This document shows, one piece after another, positions 8,961-15,800 of a stretch of DNA of 20,960 bases. Origin of the DNA: Planctomycetota bacterium (lineage in GTDB: Bacteria > Planctomycetota > UBA11346); the NCBI GenBank assembly GCA_038231435.1, contig JBBRLJ010000066.1:1-20960 (forward strand), in the 5' to 3' direction. Each line of letters opens with the position of its first letter. Position 1 is the first letter of the stretch. The position numbers were made by a program, and so were the translations under genes. Under the pieces are notes generated by a model that had not been told where the DNA came from, searched no databases, and saw only the letters and a program-made list of their open reading frames with translations.

Positions 8961-9286
8961 GTCTCGGAGCCGTCCGTGGTCCGTCGTCCGTCGTCCATCG
9001 TGGACAGCACGGGGAAGTTACCCTTTACCGCCGGGTGTCCGACGACGGTCGACGGTCGACGGATGACGGACCATTCCCGAGGTACCGGATCGTATCCGTG
9101 TCCGCCCCATGGATGGCAGCGGCAGATGCGCGCGGCGCTCATCCAGCTCCCCCGCAACGCCCCATGCAGCGCGAGCGCCTCGAGAGCGTATTGCGAGCAG
9201 GTCGGAGCGTAGCGGCAGCATTGCGGCTTCAGCGGCGAGAGCACCGCGCGGTACGCGCGCACCAGCATGATCAGGACGCGCCTCAT
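8957..9286 (-). CDS. yidD: Membrane protein insertion efficiency factor, with 40-aa C-terminal extension
   Basis: [19 protein letters not shown] and [21 protein letters not shown] overlap with rnpA. Confidence 0.93.
   Translation of the reverse strand: MRRVLIMLVRAYRAVLSPLKPQCCRYAPTCSQYALEALALHGALRGSWMSAARICRCHPWGGHGYDPVPREWSVIRRPSTVVGHPAVKGNFPVLSTMDDGRRTTDGSET
8970..9073. repeat. Heptamer-derived hairpin element, copy C (inverted, inside the yidD 3' end)
   Basis: The left arm has gtccgtg-gtccgtc-gtccgtc-gtccatc and the right arm gacggtc-gacggtc-gacggat-gacggac. The reverse complement contains ccgtcgtcggaca, as in copy B. Confidence 0.85.
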
Positions 9287-9816
9287 CGTCGATCGCCCTG
9301 ATCGGGGCCGCGGGCTTTTTGCTGACCGTCCGGCTGACGATCCCGCTGACCATCCCGCTGACGAGGCACCTGACGGGGCTGGGGACTCGAAGCCAGGGCG
9401 CGCGTCACCAGCCCCGCGATCTCGTCGTCGAGCGCGCGATGATCGTCCCCCGGATCGCCGCGGAACATCACCACCGCGTCCTGGCCGGCGAGGATCCCGG
9501 CGAGACGCAGCCTGAACAGCTCGCGCACCCAGCGTTTGAGCTGGTGCCGGCGCACCGCGGTCTTCACCGCTTTCACCGAGATCATCACGCCGAGCCGGCC
9601 CACGACGGTACGGCCGCGCTCCTGCGGATGGGCCCGCGGCCGCACCAGCACCACCAGGCTGCGGCTCGCGGCCTTCTGCTGGCGGTTGAATACGCGTGAA
9701 TAGTCGCGGTCGTCGTGGAGGCGCGCGGACGGGCGGAAGGTGGAGCGCGACGGCTTGCGCGGGGTCTGCGGCAATGGCGGCGGAAGTGGCGGCGGTGGCG
9801 AACTGGAGTCGGTCAC
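9283..9816 (-). CDS. rnpA: Ribonuclease P protein component
   Basis: [42 protein letters not shown] and GQDAVV. It lies directly upstream of yidD, as in the canonical order. Confidence 0.9.
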   Translation of the reverse strand: MTDSSSPPPPLPPPLPQTPRKPSRSTFRPSARLHDDRDYSRVFNRQQKAASRSLVVLVRPRAHPQERGRTVVGRLGVMISVKAVKTAVRRHQLKRWVRELFRLRLAGILAGQDAVVMFRGDPGDDHRALDDEIAGLVTRALASSPQPRQVPRQRDGQRDRQPDGQQKARGPDQGDRR

Positions 9817-9817
9817 G

Positions 9818-10219
9818 TCACCAATCCTTCAGCGGAGCGGTGGTAGCATAGTACACGTCTTTCACGCCGGCGCGACGCAGAGCGTCGACGACTTCCACGA
9901 CCCGTCCGTGGCGCGCGTCCTTGTCGGCGAGCACGGAGGCCCTGCCAGCGTGGGCGGCCAGCTGCTGGAGCTCGGCGATCTGCACCGCCTTGCCCTCGAT
10001 GGTGATCGCGCCCGATTTGTCGACCGCGACCTCGAGCGATGCTGACTTTGCGCCCTCGGCGGTACCGGCCTCGGGCAACGTCACCGGCATCGCGCGGATG
10101 GAGGCCTGGCTGGTGGTGAGGCAGAGCACGAAGAACACCACCAGCATCAGCGACATGTCGATCAGCGGCGTGAGATTGATGAACGCACCGTGGAAACCGT
10201 GGCGTCGGCGTAGGCTCAT
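9818..10219 (-). CDS. exbD: ExbD/TolR family biopolymer transport protein
   Basis: INLTPLIDMSLMLVVFF retains the conserved TM Asp. VTLPEA and ADKDARHGRVVEVVDALRRAG are also present. Confidence 0.92.
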   Translation of the reverse strand: MSLRRRHGFHGAFINLTPLIDMSLMLVVFFVLCLTTSQASIRAMPVTLPEAGTAEGAKSASLEVAVDKSGAITIEGKAVQIAELQQLAAHAGRASVLADKDARHGRVVEVVDALRRAGVKDVYYATTAPLKDW

Positions 10220-10293
10220 GGGTGCACCCGTCGGGTGGGTGAGCGATGCATCGATCGCCAAGGTGAGCCCAACGTCGGCTGCATCGCGGTCAT
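10216..10293 (-). other. Candidate 25-aa bridging mini-ORF (MTAMQPTLGSPWRSMHRSPTRRVHP)
   Basis: Its ATG overlaps the exbB stop (ATGA) and its TGA overlaps the exbD ATG (ATGA). Confidence 0.3.
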
Positions 10294-10934
10294 GGCTTGG
10301 CCGCCGGCGCGGACGGCAGGACGTGGAGTATGGTGGGCAGGTCGGTGGCCGCGTGCTCGAGCTGGTCGATGAGCCTGCCCGCGAGGCTCGAGAGCGTGCC
10401 GTAGGCGATGTAGGCCGGGATGGCCACCCACAAGCCCGCGACGGTCGTACCCAGGGCCTTGGACAGGCCCGCGGACAAGAGAGCTGGGGTGACCGCGGCG
10501 GCCTCGCTCGCGGCCTTGAAGGCCTCGATGAGGCCGATGACCGTGCCCAACAGCCCCAGGAGCGGCGCCACCTGGGCCGCCACCAGCAGCATGCCGAGTC
10601 CCCGCTCGAGCGCCGCCACCTCGCGCTGTGCGGCGTCCAGGGCGACCACGCGCACGACCTCGGGCCCCCGACGCCGCGCCTCGAGGCCGGCCTTCAGCAC
10701 CCTCCCCATGGCGTCGCCAGCCTCCTTGCTCCCGGCGGCCCGGGCGGCCTCCTCGAGCCCACCACGCAGCAACCGGTCGGTGACCGTGGCGTGGGTGGCC
10801 AGGAAACGGGCGCGCAAGGGCAGCAGCCGCCAGGCCCGCTCGACCGCGGCGGTGAGGGCGAGGACCGAGACCGCGGCGATCACCACGACGGTGAAGCCGC
10901 CATTCGAGACCACCATGTGGAGCAGGCCGTTCAT
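10290..10934 (-). CDS. exbB: MotA/TolQ/ExbB proton channel family protein
   Basis: APLLGLLGTVIGLIEAF and ALGTTVAGLWVAIPA, three TM segments, and an upstream AGGAG. Confidence 0.92.
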   Translation of the reverse strand: MNGLLHMVVSNGGFTVVVIAAVSVLALTAAVERAWRLLPLRARFLATHATVTDRLLRGGLEEAARAAGSKEAGDAMGRVLKAGLEARRRGPEVVRVVALDAAQREVAALERGLGMLLVAAQVAPLLGLLGTVIGLIEAFKAASEAAAVTPALLSAGLSKALGTTVAGLWVAIPAYIAYGTLSSLAGRLIDQLEHAATDLPTILHVLPSAPAAKP

Positions 10935-10964
10935 ACTGTCGATAATCTCCTGTGCAGGCGGGGA

Positions 10965-10993
10965 TTGTGTTTACCGGCAACCCGAGTTATATT
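10965..10993 (+). promoter_or_regulatory. Candidate sigma70-type promoter for the FHA gene
   Basis: TTGTGT-N17-TATATT in an AT-richer divergent intergenic region, 28 nt before the ATG at 11022. Confidence 0.45.
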
Positions 10994-11021
10994 CACGCGG
11001 AATGCCTGTCCGAGGATGCTC

Positions 11022-11456
11022 ATGACGGATCTGGTTCCCGTTCTCATTGGAACCTCTGGGATGGTCGAGGGCGAATGCTACGTCCTCGGCGAGGGCGTCG
11101 AGTTCACCATCGGCCGGAGCCGTTCCTGCGACGTCAGTCTGCGCAAGACCTCGGCCTACCTCAAGACCCCATCCCAGGTCCGCGACAACGACCACGATTT
11201 CAACACCGTCAGCCGCCGCCACGTCCGCCTGCAAATCCACGACGGCCTGGCCGCCATCCAGGACCTGTCCTCGAACGGCACCTACTGCAACGGCGAACAG
11301 CTGGTCCAGCCCCGCAAGGTCGACCTCAAGGCCGGCGCCTGCTCCATCCGCCTAGGTACCCGCGAGACCTTCGACCTCGCCCTGATGCCCAAGGACGACC
11401 CCCGCGTCCAAGGCCTCCAGCCCGTCACGGGCGGTGGCTCCGGCGACGCCGACTAA
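11022..11456 (+). CDS. Stand-alone FHA domain protein
   Basis: FTIGRSRSCD, VSRRH and DLSSNGTYCNG motifs. GAGGA precedes the ATG. Confidence 0.9.
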   Translation: MTDLVPVLIGTSGMVEGECYVLGEGVEFTIGRSRSCDVSLRKTSAYLKTPSQVRDNDHDFNTVSRRHVRLQIHDGLAAIQDLSSNGTYCNGEQLVQPRKVDLKAGACSIRLGTRETFDLALMPKDDPRVQGLQPVTGGGSGDAD

Positions 11457-11464
11457 CTGGCTGC

Positions 11465-11561
11465 GGTCGTTCTCGTCGGCGATGCCGGCGTTGGCTCACC
11501 GCTCGCGGTAGATGACTACCGCTTCGGGATCGCCGCCTTGGCCTCGCCGACGATAACGATC
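11465..11561. repeat. Long imperfect hairpin downstream of the FHA gene
   Basis: ggtcgttctcgtcggcgatgcc pairs with ggcctcgccgacgataacgatc. The apex is gcggtag-atga-ctaccgc. Confidence 0.7.
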
Positions 11562-11584
11562 CTCGCCTTCCGATGATGGATGGG

Positions 11585-11713
11585 CGCGAGGCCGGGGCGG
11601 CTCGCTATTCACTGAAGACGCGAGGCCGGGGCGGCTCGCTATTCACGGTCAGACAGGATTGTTTCGAGAGCAGCGCGGGGATGGGCGCGAGGCCGGGGCG
11701 GCTCGCTGTTCAC
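11585..11713. repeat. Three direct copies of a 28-bp palindromic repeat
   Basis: cgcgaggccggggcggctcgct(a/g)ttcac at 11585-11612, 11619-11646 and 11686-11713. Confidence 0.9.
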
Positions 11714-11804
11714 AGAAAAACGTCTACCAGAAAGAGCAGCGCGAAGCGCCATGCTCCCACACCTCACTTCTCCCTGCCTCCTGGGGGGCAGCGCGGAGCG
11801 CGAT

Positions 11805-11828
11805 GTTGGGGGGCCGTAGCCCCCCAAC
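11805..11828. terminator. Perfect 10-bp stem-loop between convergent genes (terminator-like or REP arm)
   Basis: gttggggggc-cgta-gccccccaac, 6 nt past the stop at 11835. There is no U-tract. Confidence 0.4.
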
Positions 11829-11834
11829 TGACAG

Positions 11835-12887
11835 TCAGCGTTGATATGCGGGCAGGACGTGGCGTTGGACGGCGAGGGCGAGCACGGCCATGCTGGTCAT
11901 GTAGACCGGGCCCTGGCCGCCTTCGTCGTCGCCGGGTGGGGCGGGCCAGGAGCCGTCGGGGTTCTGGTGGTCGGTGAGGGTCTTCTCGAATTTCGGGGCG
12001 TACGCGTCCCACTGGTCGGGTGCGGCGCGGCTCATGCCGACAGCGTCGTAGTAGGCGCGGTAGAAGATCCACGGGCCCTGCCAGGCGAGCGGATCGGCCT
12101 GGATGCGCGCGGCGATGCAGGCCACCTCCTTGGCGTCGTCCTGCTGGCCGATCGAGAAGCACAGCATGCTCAGGCCGCGCAGGGGGGGATGGTCGTCGCC
12201 CGGGTGGTCATAGCCGACCTTGCCGTCGGCGGTGGTCATGCGCTTGCCGAAATCGACAGCACCGGTCACCACCTCGACCGGCACCGCGATGCCGACCTGC
12301 TCGCAGGCGTGCAAGCTCATCAGCTGCCAGCCCGAGAGGCTGAGATCCGAGCCGCGATCCTCTGGGGTGTAGCGCCAGCCGCCCTTGGCGTTGGCGTCCT
12401 TCTCGAGCTTGGCGGCGGCGATGGTGACGGCGGCGGCGCGTTCGAGCGCGACGCGCATACGCTCGTCGAGTTCCTCGTCGCGGCACATGCCGAGCGCCTC
12501 GGCGAGCATCAGGGTCGCGATGCCGTGGCCGTACATACGGCTGCCGTCGCGACTGCCGAAATAGCCGTTCTCATCCTGCTTGCTCAGCACGAATGAGATG
12601 GCGCGTTTGATCCAGGCTCCGTGGCTCGCGTCGTCAGGCGCGTGTCCGGCCGCGAGATGCGCCATGATCGCCAGGCTGGTGATGGCGGTCGGGACGTTGT
12701 CCGACGCTGATCCGTCGGGCTTCTGTTTGGCGCGAATGAATTCGAGGGCCTTGCGGATCGCCACGTCGCGCGGCGATTCGGTGGTCAGGGTCTCCAGCAC
12801 CTGCTGGTCGGACAACTCGGCTGAGCGTAGCCGGGCTTCCGATAGCGACAGCAGCGCGGCGACGCAGAGCAGTCCGCGCGCGATCAC
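11835..12887 (-). CDS. Secreted prenyltransferase/squalene oxidase repeat protein (alpha/alpha barrel)
   Basis: QW-like repeats QKPDGS, QDENGYFG, GGWRY and QNPDGSW; also MYGHGIATLMLAE and DLSLSGWQLMSL. It has a signal peptide and a GTGA overlap with the upstream gene, with GGAGGAG upstream. Confidence 0.88.
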   Translation of the reverse strand: MIARGLLCVAALLSLSEARLRSAELSDQQVLETLTTESPRDVAIRKALEFIRAKQKPDGSASDNVPTAITSLAIMAHLAAGHAPDDASHGAWIKRAISFVLSKQDENGYFGSRDGSRMYGHGIATLMLAEALGMCRDEELDERMRVALERAAAVTIAAAKLEKDANAKGGWRYTPEDRGSDLSLSGWQLMSLHACEQVGIAVPVEVVTGAVDFGKRMTTADGKVGYDHPGDDHPPLRGLSMLCFSIGQQDDAKEVACIAARIQADPLAWQGPWIFYRAYYDAVGMSRAAPDQWDAYAPKFEKTLTDHQNPDGSWPAPPGDDEGGQGPVYMTSMAVLALAVQRHVLPAYQR

Positions 12888-15800
12888 TTCTCCTCCCCGA
12901 GCCGGCGCAGATAGGCGCGGATGGCCTCCTGGTGCTCCTCGCTGAAGCGCTCGACGCCGTCGACCCGGACATTGCGCCGCGCCTTGTCGGACAGCCGCGC
13001 CCACTCCGGCCGGTCGTCCTTCTCGCTCTTCAGGTCGAGCTTCGCCGCGCTGCCGGCATCGCCTTCCGCGGAGTGCTTGTCGCTCGTGCCGGAGGGTTGA
13101 GCCCCGGCCCGCGCCTGGGCCGAGGCCGCCGAGGCCGCCGAGGCCGCGTCCATGCGCCGCGCTTCCGCGGCATCGCCGAGGATGTGCGCCGCCTGCTGGA
13201 ACGATTCCGCCTTCGCTGGGTCTGCCGCGATCGCAGCCATGGCCTGCGCGGCGATGTCCGAGTTCGACGGCCCCGACGGCGACGATGACGGCGATGACGA
13301 AGGCGACGTAGGAGACGTAGGAGACGTAGGAGACGTAGGAGACGACGGCGATGAGGTCTCGGCTGGCGATTTCGCGGACAGGGCCGCAGCGGTGGCGGAA
13401 GCGGAAGCAAGTTGCTGCTGGAGCGCCTCGGCCGATGCGCGCATGCGCGCGTCGGCTTGACGCCCGGCCGCGGCCGCGGCGCGGGCCGCCGTCCGCTCGC
13501 CATCGGCGCTGGCCTGCGCCAGTGGCGCCGATGCCTCGGCGAGCCGGCGTGCGGCGCTCTCGGCGTCAGCGAGCCCGCGCGCCTGCGCGGCCACCAGGGG
13601 AGCCGCCGCGAGCGCATCCTGACCAGCGGAAGCGGTGGCCGCGTCGGCCTGGGCGGCCGCGGCAGCCTGCTGCGCCTGGCCGGCGTGCTGCTGCTGGGCC
13701 TCCGCCGTGGCGCGATTGGTTGCGGCCTGGGCGGCCATACCGGCGTCGCCGGGCGCGGCGGCCGAGCGTTCGGCCTGCGCACGCGCCTCGTTCCAGGCCT
13801 TGGTCGCATCAGTGGCGGCCATGCCGGCCTGATGCTGCGCGGCGTCGGCGCGGGCCTGGGCCTGGGCCGCCTCGGCGCTCGGCTCGGTGCCAGCGAGCGT
13901 CACCGCCGCATCGATGGCCTCGGCGAGGCGCTCCTGGCCGGCCAAGCGCTGGCGCTCGAGATGATCGAGCCGTTCGGCGGCCTGGCGTTGGCGCGCGGCC
14001 AGCGCCGCGGCCTGGCGACCGAGATCTGCGAGGGCCGCCGCGTCAGCATCATTTCCAGAGCGCTTGAAGGCCTCGGCGATCGGGCGCGCCACCGCCTGCT
14101 CAAGGCGCGCGGCCTCGGCGCGCGCCTCGTCGGCGAGCTGATCGGTCGGGGAGTTGCCGTCGGCGGCCTTGGCGGCCAGCGCGTTCGCGGCCGCGACGGC
14201 GGGCTGGGCGGAAGTCGGGACCGCGGCCATCGCCGCCTTGGTCTGGGGGTCCTGGGCTGCGACCGACGCCGCTGCCGCCTTGGCGGCAAGGGCTTCGGCG
14301 GCGGCGGCCGCTTCCGCCTGATCCGCGGCGAAACGGTGGCGCGCTTCGGCTTCGGCCTCGCGGGTCTGCTGATCCGCGGTCAAGGCCTCGGCCAAGCCTT
14401 GCGCGACCTGGGCCGCGCGCGCCGGATCGGTGGCGGGGTCGCGATGCTCGGCTGACGCGACCTTCAACTCCGCCAGTGCCTCGGGGCGTTTCTCGGCATG
14501 CGCCGAGGCCTCGGCCAGATCGTGCGCGAGCTTCTCGAGCGCCTCGGCTTCCGGCGATGCTGGCGCGGCCACTGCGCTCTCGCGATGCTGCTCCTGTTCG
14601 CCCTTGTTGCCGGCGAGCGCGGCGGCGCGGTCGGCGAGCCGCGACAGCTCTGCGGGTTCCTGGCCCTTGTCCGCGAAGCGATCGAGATCGTGGGCCAGCG
14701 CGGAGAAGCCAGAGGCCTGGTCGCGCTTCTGCTCCGGCGTGGGGGCGGCCTCGCGTCGGCGCTCGCCCTCGGCGGCGGTGGCCAGCGCGGCCTCGCGCGT
14801 CGCGAGACGCGCCTCGGCGAGCGCCTGGGGGCGATGCGCGTCGTCCGCCTGGGCCAACCGCTCGGCCGCCTGCTTGAGGGCGGCGGCGGTGTCCTTCGCC
14901 GAATCCGGCTGCCAACCGCGATCCTGGCGGTCGTATTCGCGCAGCCTCGCTTCCAGCTTCGGCAAGTCGGCGGACTGGCGATCGGCGCCAACCATGACTT
15001 CGAGCTCCCGGGCAGTGGTGTCCTTGCCCTCGGCATGCTCGGCCTGCGCCATCTCCTCGACCGCGTCGTGCAGGGCCGCATAGCGCCTCAGCGCTTCGGC
15101 GGGCTTATTCAGCGATTCGGCCTGCTTGAGCGCCTGGAGCTGGGTCAGCGCTTCGCGCGCCGCATCGGCGCGCGCAAAGCGGTGCGCAGCGCCCTCGCTG
15201 GTCTCGGTGGCGCGCAGCAGATCATCGATGCGTTTCCAGTACTGGCCGATCTCTGGAGCTTCCTGCGCCGAGTCCTTGATGCGGTCGACACGGGCGATGG
15301 TCTCGCGTAGCAGATCCGAGACCGCCGCGGCCTTGCGCGAGGTGATCGCCTGCGATAGCCGCGTGCGGGCGTCGGCGCCCGCGTCTGACAGGAGCTCCGC
15401 CCGCGCGCGGGGCGCGTCGCGCAGCATCTGCTCGAACCAGCTGCGCGTCGCAGCCATGGCGCGATCGGCCGATTGCCGCCGATCCGCGGGCAGCAGGTCG
15501 GCGGGCAGATGGTAGATGCGCTCCAGGCGATCGTGGGCGCGGTTCATCGCCTGGCGGAGCTCGGCCATCGCGCCGAGCGCCGGATGACGGATGCCCACCT
15601 CGCGCACCTGGGCCGCCACCTGGTCGCGGGCCGTCCGCGCCGCCTGGACCATCGCCGAGATCGGAGCGAGGGAGCGGTCGAGTTCGGTCACCGTCCACAA
15701 GGCGCGCGCCTGCGCCATCGCGGCGAGCGCGTCGCCCGCGACCTTGGCGTCGTCGGCAATGCGCTTGATCGACTCGCTTGATGCGGTGTCGGCGAACGCG

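Noticed and set aside
9921..11456. 511-aa ORF as one gene
   Set aside because: The first ~367 codons are antisense to exbD/exbB. Only the FHA part from ATG 11022, with its own RBS and promoter-like signal, looks real.
11450..11561. Integron attC site after the FHA gene (gactaac followed by a hairpin)
   Set aside because: There is no matching GTTRRRY at the distal end of the hairpin, no integrase and no cassette array.
11585..11713. CRISPR array (28-bp palindromic repeats)
   Set aside because: Gaps are 6 and 39 bp, identity extends into the flanks (ggatggg before copies 1 and 3), and there is no leader or cas gene.
11835..12887. Squalene-hopene cyclase (shc)
   Set aside because: About half the expected length, has a signal peptide, and has no DXDD catalytic motif.
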